Source: Macrostomum lignano
Lineage: Eukaryota
Length of the DNA: 64,000 nucleotides
Reading direction: 5' to 3'
Assembly: GCA_002269645.1 (NCBI GenBank)
Contig: NIVC01003239.1
Coordinates: 45,470-109,469, forward strand
Shown: piece after piece, positions 41,535 to 53,226 of the stretch
Numbering within the stretch: position 1 is the stretch's first letter
Layout: each line of letters begins with the position of its first letter
The notes under the pieces: model-generated
What the model saw: the letters and a program-made list of their open reading frames with translations, nothing else
Database searches by the model: none
What the model was told of the DNA's origin: nothing
Program-made: the position numbers and the translations under genes

Positions 41535-44500
41535 TCATTCCACTGACGGATCCTTCTTAGTCTCGGCAGCCTCAGCAGCCTCCGCAGCTTCCTCCCGGTC
41601 GTCTCTAGCGAAGCTAAACTGCGAGCCCTGTTGGTCACCGGCTTCTGGCGCAGCTAGGTTCGGCGTCACATCGCCGGACGTCTCCTCCACCGTGGCCAAG
41701 CTGCTGACGAAGCCCAGACTGTCGGCGCTGCCAACGTGGCTCACGCTGGAGCCGCCGGTCGAGACGCTGCAGCTCGCGACGTCCGACGATGTAGAAGAAG
41801 CGCCTGACGTTGGAGCCGCTTGTGCTGCGGCAGCGGCCGGTTCTGCAGTGGATTCTGGGGGCTGCAACGGCTCTTGGTGTTGAGCCTGCGCCTGCGTCTG
41901 CGGCTGCTGTTGTTGCAGGCCAACTCCAGGCAGTTGCATTGTCAGCTGTTTTGGTGAGGATGATTAGGATCAATGCAGTATGCAGTAGTGAGATAAACGA
42001 AGCGGTATTTTGCATTCGACCCACATTTCATGTTTTTTCATGGATTCATGTTTTTTGTCTGGGTCGTAAGCGATTCGCGCTAATGAGGGAGTTAACCCTA
42101 AAATTCCAGAAGCCAATCCCAAGCGTTGCACCTGGGAAAGATGCACGTAAATTAGATTTACAGCAATGTGTAAATGCATGTAGAAAGTTTATTCAGATCA
42201 TACGTTCGTATTTACCTGCTGCACAGATTGCAGATGGCTGTGTAGCCGCTGTTTGAGCTCTTCAAGCTCACCGGGCGAGCAGCGGCTCAGATCACCAGTC
42301 GAATGCTCAGCGATGCTTGAGATGTCGCGCAGCTGGGCTCGAACAGCTTCCAGCTGCTGTTGGGCCTCGTCCCGCTCTTTCTGGGCACGCTGCATCGCGT
42401 CCCGCATTCGCTTGGCCTCGTCGCGAGCCCTGTCAATCTCGTGCTGGAATTGCAGCCGTTCCAAATCCATGCCGGGATTGGCGAACGGACTGTTGGACAT
42501 CAGGATGGGACTCTGCGCGTACGTTGACGAGGCCGCCGATGAACGGTCGCCGCCGCTGTTAACTCGGCCGCGAGTGACGGCGCCCGACTGAAGGTCGAGA
42601 GTGGGAGTATAGAAGAATTTCAGGGGACGCAGACGGGGAATAGCAATGGACTTTAAGCTGGACTTGTTAGCTGGCTTAGCACTTGTTTTTTTGCGGTTTT
42701 CTCCCAGCCGGAGTCAGCTCCGGTGTGGAACTCAAGCCCTAAGTTGATTGGCTGGTTGGAGCCAACTATACAGGGGTGAAGGCGAGAAGCGGACTGAGAA
42801 ACAGTGGTCTGGTGAATGAGCTGATCAGGCTCGGATTCTAGGCCTGCGCTGATCGATGGATGGGACAGTTCTCATTAGACCTTCATAACAAGCATGCCTC
42901 TCAGCAGGGGATTGAGCACCGGAACCCTTTCGCTTAGTTACTGGCGGATCAACCGTACGCCGCGCGGCTGTACTTGGTGCTAGCCTAGTAACAGTCAGAG
43001 ACCGTCAGCTAACTTCGTATAGCTCGGATATCCGATATGGGTCAGGTCGAATGATCAAAGCCACACCAAAATCTAAAGAAAGGCCCGGCTACAGAGGGGG
43101 CAACAGCTACAGAGTGGATGCCAGCTACAGAGGAGATGCCAGCTACAGAGAGGATGCCAGCTACAGAGGGGATGCCAGCTACAGAGAGGATTCCAGCTAC
43201 AGAGGGGGCGCCAGCTACAGAGGGGATGCCAGCTACAGAGGGGATGCCAGCTACAGAGGGGGCAACAGCTACAGAGAGGATGCCAGCTACAGAGGGGATG
43301 CCAGCTACAGAGGGGATGCCAGCTACAGAGGGGATGCCAGCTACAGAGGGGGCAACAGCTACAGAGAGAATGACAGCTACAGAGGGGATGCCAGCTACAG
43401 AGAGGATGCCAGCTACAGAGAGGATGCCAGCTACAGAGAGGATGCCAGCTACAGAGGGGATGCCAGCTACAGAGAGGATGCCAGCTACAGAGGGGATGCC
43501 AGCTACAGAGAGGATTCCAGCTACAGAGGGGGCGCCAGCTACAGAGGGGATGCCAGCTACAGAGGGGATGCCAGCTACAGAGGGGATGCCAGCTACAGAG
43601 AGGATGCCAGCTACAGAGAGGATGCCAGCTACAGAGGGGATGCCAGCTACAGAGAGGATGCCAGCTACAGAGGGGATGCCAGCTACAGAGGGGATGCCAG
43701 CTACAGAGTGGGCGCCAGCTACAGAGTGGGCGCCAGCTAAAGAGAGGATGCCAGCTACAGAGGGGATGCCAGCTACAGAGGGGATGTCAGCTTCAGAGTG
43801 GGCGCCAGCTACAGAGGGGATGCCAGCTACAGAGGGGGCAACAGCTACAGAGAGAATGACAGCTACAGAGGGGATGCCAGCTACAGAGAGGATGCCAGCT
43901 ACAGAGAGGATGCCAGCTACAGAGAGGATGCCAGCTACAGAGGGGATGCCAGCTACAGAGAGGATGCCAGCTACAGAGGGGATGCCAGCTACAGAGAGGA
44001 TTCCAGCTACAGAGGGGGCGCCAGCTACAGAGGGGATGCCAGCTACAGAGGGGATGCCAGCTACAGAGGGGATGCCAGCTACAGAGGGGATGCCAGCTAC
44101 AGAGGGGATGCCAGCTACAGAGGGGATGCCAGCTACAGAGGGGATGCCAGCTACAGAGGGGGCAACAGCTACAGAGGGGGCAACAGCTACAGAGGGGATG
44201 CCAGCTACAGAGGGGGCAACAGCTACAGAGGGGATGCCAGCTACAGAGGGGAAGCCAGCTAAAGAGAGGCTTCTCATGCTCCCCAGAAAACTCACGTCAA
44301 AGAGCGTCTGGAACGGCAGCGAGCCAACGGGCGGTGGCCCCTCCGCAGAACTCTGCATCGCTGACTGCTGATCGGCGGCCACGTAAGTCAGCGGATTGAA
44401 ACCGGGGCTATGGCGGGTTGCCGCGGCCGCGGCTGCCCCGACAGCCGATGATGACGAGGATGAGGAGTGCACTTTGGCGCCGGGGATTCCAATTGGGCCG

Positions 44501-47500
44501 CTGCTGCTGCTCGGGAAGCCAGGCAACGGGCTGAACGAATCGCTGCCCTGGGACGAGCTCGCGTGGCCGGGACCGGCGCCGCCAAAGCTAGCGCTGCTGC
44601 TGGCGCCGACGAAGCCGACGCTGTCGTGCTCGGAGAGGTCAAGGTCATCCAGCTCTGGTAGCATGGCGCTGCTAGGAGACGCCAGCTGGTTCTGCTGTTG
44701 GCCAGCTCTGTGCAGACCGCTGGCTGCAGTGAAAAACGAATAGAGGCGCAGAATGTACCAAAGTCAAGAGTCAGAATCCTACTTGCTGCTTTTTTATGGA
44801 ATTTATCGATTTTTCTCGCCTGTAGTGAGGGGATTGTAGCCTAGTGGTTAGAGCGTTGGACTCACGACTCAAAAGTCGGGGGTTCGATTTTCGACCCACT
44901 CGGAACAATTTGTGTCTAGGGATTGCAAAATCCCGGTTTTTAGCGATCCCGGGATCAGAAAAACACAGATTTTTCAGCTTTTGGGTTGAAATTTCAAGGC
45001 AAAATATGCTCTAAATGTATTTTTGCTTCCATTTTTTATTGTAATAGACATAATGATCTTTTCGTAGATGAAAAACAGCATTATCTTGTGACGTATTTAA
45101 GAAAGTAGTATAAAAGCACTAATTAGTAGTAAAGAAGCAAATCATATATCAATATTTCACATTTAAATCTGTGATGCGGGGTTTAAAAAGGCGCCACGCG
45201 ACGTGAGGCAATTAACGGAAATTAGCGCAGTATAATAAACTTGTTGTGGGCCCAATTATGTTCATATTACAACACTTTTTGTAAAAATAATAACAAAAAT
45301 TAGTCCCGGGATTTGGGCCCAATCCCGGAATTTCGGGATCATGGGATCCCGGGATTGCAATCCCTATTTGTGTCCTTGAGCAAGGCACTTAACTCTGCAT
45401 TGCTTCAGTTCACCCAGCTGTAAAATGGGTGCCAGCATTAGCTGGGGTAGTTGAGGCTGTGTGTGGCGACCCCCAGTCCCCAGTGTCTTTAAACTAACAG
45501 CCGTACGCAGCCTTCAGATGCGCCGCGCAATAGCTGCGGCTGAGCTGTCGGTTGCACATCTGTCCATTATAGAAGGTGTAACCAATTTTTTTGTTTCATT
45601 ATCGCTTGTATGTTGTAACTAATGGGTGCAACCTATTTATCAAAACCACTTGTCCGCGTTATTTCACTCCCTAGTAGGTGGTTAGTGCATTGACATCCGG
45701 TCCGAACTTGTCCCCGTCACGTCCCCGAGACCTGTCTACGTGTAGCATTGAAACCCGTGAGCCGTACGTGGAAGCTTAGAAATCTGGATAGTTTGATGGG
45801 TGGCTAAACAGCTACTTGCACCGAATAGAAATTTACTCTACTAGGAGCAGCAATTAAGCAATTGAAGCCAAACCTCGATTGCCGCCAACCGCTGCGGATT
45901 GCTCCCACACGCTCGGGCTGATGAGACGGCCCAGTGTCAGAGGTGCAGGTCCCGTCGCCTGCTGTTGCTGCTGCTGCTGCGGCTGCTGCTGCTGCTGCAG
46001 ATGAAGCTGCGGCAGCTGCGGTGATTGTTGCTGCTGCACAGCGCCCAGCATCAGCAGGCCCATGTCCTGCATAAAGTTCCGCCCGAAGTTCATCTCCGAC
46101 TCCTCGTGGGCGAAGGCGCAGAACGGACCCCTTGGACAGTAGTTCTGCTGCATGACATCGTTGCACTTTGTCGACTTATAAATCTGCGCGAGGGTACGTT
46201 GGCAAGAAAATTCGCGTCTATCTACTGACAGTAGAATAAAAAACGTGTGTATTTCATTAACAATCACAAGTAAAATCAGCGCCGTCAAGTCAGCTGACGA
46301 GATACAGTCACGTGATTTATTGCTTTCGCCCTTAAACGCTAAATGGAAGAACACGGATCTGCGGCGCTCACCTCTGGGTGGAACTGCTGCTCGGTGCGGG
46401 TGTGGCAATACTGACAGTCGTCGGCCTGCTCGCAGAGGCTGCTGTCAAGCCATTCGTCCGAGCTCTTCACTGCCGGACAGGGAGTTGATCTGCGATTTGG
46501 AATAAGAAGGGAGAGGTAATTGTCCAGGCTGAAGTCAATTGTCTGCGGACTGAACTGCGCGACTGGAACTAGTTTGACTGGGCCTTTGTGTATTTACTGG
46601 GTGGAAGAGTGAGAGATTGAGTAGCTAAGCGTGGATGGCGAGAATGGAGAAAGGGCAATCGATTTTTCGAAATACAGAGCCCCATCAATCGATACCATTT
46701 CGTTGACTAAATTCATCTCGAATAGTGCCATACCGATGCAAGGTAAGGACATCCATCTAGCCTGTTAATAATATCAACAAGGAAGTGCAGGTCAATTTGA
46801 TGAATTCCCTGCCGGAACAAATGGAACATACTCGTGCCTCCAATTAAACTGTGAATCGTGTCAGCTGCCTTGCACTTTATCAGGTCGCTACGTATATCTC
46901 TATTTATTAAGCCACACCATGCGCGCATGCATCTTGTTAAGTTTGAAGTGCAGCTAATGGGGGAGCTGACAGCACACTGAATCAAGCAGTGGATATCGCA
47001 CTTCACTACACTGTACAGTTTGATAAGAGTACAGCTTTGGAAGGGGGAAGAAGGAGCAGGGGAGAGAGGGCTTAGCAGCTTTAGATTCGTAAGTTAGAGC
47101 CGGGCAAACCCGGACAGTCGCTCTGTGGCTAGTATTTATTGATTTTTCCGCCGCTGGCTGCGCAAGCCTCGCCTCCCCCCTCTGCCCGGTCGGACCGAAC
47201 CAGCCCCCCCCCCAGTGCTCATCGATCCGCGCTGCATTTGGGGTTGCTGTATACGGGGCTCTAAAAATAGATTTTCGTAAAGCAGGGCGACGGAAAGAGC
47301 GTCAGTTCGTATTTGGGGCTGGGGGAGGGGGCAAGGGCTGAAGCGGCGAGAGAGGAAAGACAGTTCAATAAGCTGTCAGACCTGTACAGCCCCGCTCACT
47401 GCGTTCAACAACAACCAACCAGCTGTACGTCCGCGTTCTGCACCCCCTTTCTCCGTCCTCTCATTCGGCTCTTGTAGTTCCAACCAAGTATTCATTTCTT

Positions 47501-49298
47501 TGCCATATAATCTCTCACCCTCCCCTCTGTTCGCATGCTCAAGGCCTAAGCCAGGGAGGCCTCCTCCTTCGCGAAATGAAAACAGAAAAAGCTTTTGAAG
47601 GGGGGAGAGGTAGGGGATGAAGATGAATCGAAAGAGCTTTGCTGACGGAAGCATCTTTTCCGGCTTCCCGCCCGAATATGCATTTGGCCGTACTGCATGC
47701 GCCTTATAGATAAGACTGCTTCGGATTGCACTCAAAATCCAAATTCCTATAGTGCAAGCTACCTAGGAAATTGCATGCAAGGGGTACGGACACCCTGATT
47801 CCACCGCCTCTGCTGGACAACAGGATTAGTATTGACCGAGATTTTTCTAGTAAAAGCACAGCAGGACGACAATGCTATTCGCAAAAAATTAGAAATTAAA
47901 AAAACCGTTTAAAGAAGACAAACTTATAGTTTAGCTTGTGTTGCCGATGGTCATCTAAGCTGAGAAAGTTATGCGCCAATCGCTAATCAAACAAGCGTCA
48001 AACTGGGTGGACAAGGAAGATATATTTAACAAAGTCTTTGTTTTGATTCGTTACTTCCGTGTTCTATCAGTGGTGCTAGGCTCACAGGCTACGTACACGG
48101 GCACAGCACTCACGCAGAGTTTATAGACTTCCATGACACACGTACACTTCTAGTGTGCCTTTATAATATGCACCTCACTGGACCTTGATCACACTCACCT
48201 GTACTTGTGCACGTGCGGTCCCCGACGCTTGTCCTTGGCGTTGTGATAGAATGGACAGGCGTAGCCCTGACGGCACATTCGCGGCGGCTTGCGGCACTGC
48301 TCGGTTTTGTAGTTGGCCAGCACATAGCCCATGTCGTTCCATTTGGGATCTTCGGACAGGACACGCTCTTTCTCCAGGCTGGCCGGCAAGTTCACAGGAC
48401 AGTCGGCGGCCTCTTGAACTTCGCGGATGTCGTAAACAGGCACGCGCAGATCGTTGGCGCCGTGAGCAAAGGCGCAGTGGGCACCATTTCGTGAGCAGTG
48501 ACCTCGGGCGTCCGTGTCGTGAATGCAGGTGCCGGTTTTAAAGTAGCGCAGATGGTAGCGCCTCTCAGTGTCGCCGGCATTTCGGTGCAGGTAGGGACAA
48601 GCGTCGGCGTTGGGGCACTCCCCTCGGGTCTCGTCGTACTTGTCGCAATACACATCAGGCGAATAAGTGAAAGTTCCGTCCGCTTTGCGCAATGGGCGAC
48701 GCCGGCGCTGATTTGGAAAATGCCAATGAAAGCAGGTGAACGGCTTATGCTGCGTGCACTTATGATTCGCAAACAGTGGGCACTGCTGAGTGCGGAAGTC
48801 GCGGAGATAACTGCAATTTGTCAGAAAAAATAAAAAATTAGTAAAGATCCACATATTGGTATGCATGATACAACATTTACAAAGGTTTGGAACAATTGGA
48901 ACTGCACATTGCAAAAAGTAGTGCAAAAATTTGTTAAAACAAAACGAAAAGTCTCTATGGTAATAAAAATAAATTTATAGCATTTTGTCTCTCAATTATT
49001 TTTTAAAACTACTATCAAAATACTTTTAACAGAAACTATTCTGCCCCTGACAAATATATGAAAAAGTTAAAAAAAATGTGAATTAATTTTTGTTTCAATG
49101 TAGCTTAAACATTTGTTTATATTCTTTATCTAATTTTACTCACAAAACTAATTAAAATGTTAAATGTTAAAACAATATAAAAGCTCAGCCATTAAATCAG
49201 AAAGTAAATCCATAATTATAGATAAGCAAAACAGCAAAATAATGAATTTAAACTGAGACTTACTTTAAATGTTGTGGTTTTACAAAAACAGTTGGCAT
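41535..49298 (-). CDS. UNK: Unkempt CCCH zinc-finger RNA-binding protein
   Basis: Phase-consistent exons 49298-49264, 48810-48199, 46489-46372, 46183-45874, 44723-44296, 42587-42216 and 41945-41535. Motifs KPQHLNYLRDFRTQQC, FTCFHWHFPNQRRRRP, YHLRYFKTGTC, YKTEQCRKPPRMCRQGYACPFYHN and CHTRTEQQFHPEIYKSTKCND, followed by a poly-Q linker and coiled coil. Confidence 0.96.
43086..44262. repeat. 18-bp minisatellite (unkempt intron 5)
   Basis: Unit gatgccagctacagaggg, about 65 copies with an internal block duplication. Confidence 0.96.
44829..45592 (+). mobile_element. tRNA-derived SINE copy 2, interrupted by a MITE
   Basis: Full tRNA-like head (A box, ttggactcacgactcaa arm, B box ggttcgatt). Body resumes at 45367 and matches copy 1. 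Confidence 0.87.
44917..45366. mobile_element. 450-bp hAT-type MITE
   Basis: 12-bp perfect TIR TAGGGATTGCAA. 8-bp TSD TTTGTGTC at 44909-44916 and 45367-45374. Subterminal atcccgg repeats. Confidence 0.93.
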
Positions 49299-50460
49299 AC
49301 CTATTCCTTGTGTTGCTAAATCTAACTCTGGGGGAGTGGTACACTGCCTGTCAAGTTCTGAGGCGACGCTTGAGATGACATCATTGGTAGACTTGTAGAG
49401 AGAATAACATTAGATAAAGTTGCTAAAGAAGAATTCTGTGCTATGGGAGATAGTGATGACATATTCTAATGTCAAACGGAACATTAGACAGCTTTTTACT
49501 TTGAAAAGCCTATTTGTTTGTTGCTGTAAAAGCTGTCTGAAATTCCTGCTGTTGATAGTACGGAAATCATTGTATCTAATGTAAATACTAATAATGTAGT
49601 TTTTTCAAAGCATCCTGCTTATTTTTTTAAATATATATTTCGTAAATATAAACTTTTAGTAAGAGTTGTACTTTTATTAGGTATGTAAAGCTCTTTTTGT
49701 TAATCTGCTACCGTCGCAAGGTACCTTTAAACTGAAAAAAAAGTTTCTAACATAAAAGACGCTAACTACGAACTTCATCGACCCGACATCAATGATGTTA
49801 CTACTCTGATTGCATTGTGTTTGTCTGAGTTCACAGAGAGACAGTAGTCTTGTAGTTTGCTAGTTCACTTCTTCGTCTGAAGCGAACAAATTGTAGGACG
49901 CTTAAATTTAACTTAAGCTAATTAACTTTTCTGGCAGTAAACAGGGTGAATTTTAACATAAGTGCCTAGGTGCTAGGCGTAGGCCTAGATATATTATGCT
50001 TAATGCTTAGAAAAAGGTTAAATACCTTTTGTTTGCGTAAAGCAATTTGATATATATATACATTTGGACTTGTATGCATATGTATACATTTGTATACATT
50101 TGGACAAAAATGATCAGTGTCTAATACTATTAGGCGGCATAGGCCTAAAGCAAAATAGACTGCAAAAGCATTAGGCCTAGAAATTTAATTTTAAGATAGG
50201 GGCCTACAAATTTTTTTTCAATTTTTTGATTAATTTTCAAAAGTATGGTTTATTTTTATTTAAGCAACTTAGATTTATCAAATAAAATAAAAATACAAGG
50301 TTATTAATATACTACTACTACTAGGTGAAATTCAAAAATTAGGGGCAAGTTCTGTCAAAATTGTTTTTGGCAATTCAGAAGTAACATGCACAACCTTGGG
50401 AATCACTTGGCCATTTCTATTGGCAACACACACACATACAAATTGCTATTGGCTAAGAGC

Positions 50461-50472
50461 AGTCACGTGACT
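50461..50472. promoter_or_regulatory. Palindromic E-box AGTCACGTGACT with neighbouring CCAAT boxes
   Basis: Perfect 12-bp palindrome. ATTGG at about 50419 and 50448, CCAAT at about 50517. Lies between the divergent UNK and RhoGDI coding starts. Confidence 0.35.
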
Positions 50473-50530
50473 AGGCCCTATTATTCTGTCTAATAGTAAT
50501 TTATATGTGTATGTTGCCAATAGAAATGGC

Positions 50531-51608
50531 TGGGTGAATTCTGTCAAAATGGCCACACAACAAAATGGCCACACTGTCAAAATGGCCACACAACAAAATG
50601 GCCACATAAAACAAAATGTTACACTTACAGATGTCTATCACATTTACTACTATTAGGACTTTATTAATGTAGTTTCGAGTGACATTTAGCTCCAATACTA
50701 TAGTGCACTACAAAAATCCAAAAGCATGCAAGTACCTTTGTGATTATTTCTACTTTTGTGATCAATTTAACTTGGGTTTTTTTGCCAGAGACAAGGTGTG
50801 AAATCGCACCTTGTGCCAAATTTCAAGGTGCGATTTTAAGGCTTAGAGTGCAATTTCTCTTGAGTCTTGTTTCAGACAACTAGGAATGTATATTTTAATA
50901 TCTTACATAAGGCTATAGCCATAGGCTATATCGCCTATATGACTTAATAGGATTTAAAGAGTTATTTTGTTTCATATTTTAAAGCAGTGCATGAAAAATA
51001 GCTTAAGCATGGTTAAGCCTTTAAAAAATGGTTATAAGACCGCACCTAAACCGCACCTACTTTTTTAATTTTAGTGTGCAATTTTAAAATTTAAGGTATA
51101 TACGCATACTCTGTGCACAAAAAAACCCTGCATTTAACTTTTGTGGTAAATTTTGCTTTGTGATTCATTGTACCTCTATTACTCTATGATGCATTTAACA
51201 TTTCATTTCAACAATTACTTAACTAATTGTTGGTCACTCTATAAAATACAATTTTGTCTTCGCTTCTTTGATGCATTCTTTTTGGATGCATGTTGCCTGC
51301 ATAAATTTCATAATATCTCAATGCATTCACTTCTTTTGCATTTTGATGCAAAATGATGCAAGTACCAAAGTTAAAATTAATTAAGAACATGAAGTATACT
51401 CAATTACATCAATGTATTACTTTAAGAATAACAAGAGTTTAGAATATTCATAGTAGAGGCTGTGTTTATCATACAATATTAAGAATGAAACAAGTGGGAT
51501 ACCTGCAATACTTTTTGTTTTATGTAGGCATTTGGTTTTGTAGCCATTTTGATAGTGTGGCTGTTTTTTATGTGGCTGTTCTGCATGTGGCCATTTTGAT
51601 AGCACCCT
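50531..51608. mobile_element. Possible non-autonomous DNA element with inverted (tcaaaatggccac) subterminal repeats
   Basis: gggtg...tcaaaatggccac repeats at 50531-50610 and inverted gtggccattttgatagcaccc ending at about 51608. No TSD. Confidence 0.4.
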
Positions 51609-52075
51609 ATAAATCCCTAGGTTGCACCCAAGCATGAAAGGCAAAAAGCTTTAAAAAATATAATTTAGTTTAAAAAATAGAAATATATCTATAAAAGCAC
51701 AAATTATCTATGTGTAATCTTATTAATTATAAAATGATTTGGTAAAATATTAAATTTACTTATGTCATATGACTAAAATAACTCTTATAGAAATGATAGA
51801 AAAGGTCTTACAGCATATTTATTAATGGTAGAATGGTAGAATGGTAAATGGCAGTGCACGGGGATGGCTCACAACACAGACAAACCATTTTTATTATATG
51901 GGATTATAGACATATATCCAGGGGTCCCTAATATAGTTGGCATACAATTTCTGTCATTTTAAAGATATAATTATTTATTTGTCCAACTTATATTTTTTAA
52001 ATTTTTATTCCTGTATATCTATGTAGTTTCTATTTATTAAGACATAAATAATTAATACTACATAGAAATACATAG

Positions 52076-52861
52076 GGCTCATTCCATATAAGCATGGTCG
52101 TAACATGACAGGCTATTTTTACTTATAAAATGAAATATAATAATAGAATATACTAAACCAATATTTTAAATGAAAGATAATTTTGTCAAAAATATTTTTA
52201 TAGAGTTTCATGTAGATATCATCATTAGTATAGATGCTATTAAACCTTGAATGGCACTTATGGTCGTAACAACAGGATTTTTGACATATAGAAACTAAAA
52301 GGTAAAAGTCTTATAACATTTTTATTTTTGATATTTTGCAATACATTTTTTAAAATTTGACTAAGAACATCTTTAGTAATCATACTCTTTTATTAGAATA
52401 TATAAACTCAAAAAGGCAACAAAGATACAAAAGAAAAGGCAGCCTTATGGTCGTAACATTATGGTCGTAACATATTTTTTTCTGTCAATTCAGTAACTTT
52501 GAGGTACCAATATATTAAAAATATAATAGATTATTTGGTCACCAATACTTTTATCTGATGATGCAAGTACTATACTTTTATCTATAGTTTGTTTCAACCT
52601 TCCAAAGCTTTCTATTTGTTTTTAAAAGGTACACAAACTTAATGATGTCTTTTGCTTAGAAAAATGTTTAAATTTTTACAAAAATGACTTTTTGCCACTT
52701 GATAGCATACTAATCTAACATTTTATCATTCATTTATTCTTAGATTGTAGATATTACACATAAAAAACATTTGGTAAAAAAATGGCTGATAAGACAATGG
52801 CAAGCAAAAATATTGACTTTTTTCTATTTTCCAAAAATGTCCATCTTATATGGAATGAGCC
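52076..52861. mobile_element. 786-bp MITE with 17-bp perfect TIRs and 4-bp TSD (superfamily unresolved)
   Basis: TIR GGCTCATTCCATATAAG at 52076-52092 and inverted at 52845-52861. ATAG directly flanks both ends. Internal tggtcgtaaca motif occurs 4 times. Confidence 0.85.
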
Positions 52862-53226
52862 ATAGATAGTGTATAGATTGTCTTTTTAAAATTTATTCTA
52901 CTATATATTCTGCCACTTTTTTAATTATAGATAGCATCTAGTGCATGCTAAAAGTGCTATATGCTAAATGACTAGCAAGCCGTGCACTGTCTCCTTATTA
53001 TAAAATACAAACAAGCCAACCATTTTTAGGCTTACAAGCAACATACAATGTCTGCAGTTATATTAATATCTAAGAATTTGAGAATAAAAATGCAATATAT
53101 TTTAGCTTTTAATATAGAAAGGACTTGCTAGAGCATAGTACCCCTTGTCCTAATTTGTAGCTTCAAAAAGATAAAAACAACAAACTTTGATGCAAAAGCT
53201 TTAATCACACTAAATTGAAAAAAAAA

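Noticed and set aside
43042-44371. (SVAGIP)n, (DASYRG)n and (MPATEG)n repeat proteins
   Set aside because: 18-bp intronic array; the unkempt exon ends at the GTGAGT donor at 44295.
44829-44900. tRNA gene
   Set aside because: The acceptor and anticodon stems are imperfect, and the head continues into a SINE body shared with 24105-24364.
47376-47735. 119-aa minus-strand ORF in unkempt intron 2
   Set aside because: No recognisable motif, and exons 2 and 3 already join in frame with conserved sequence.
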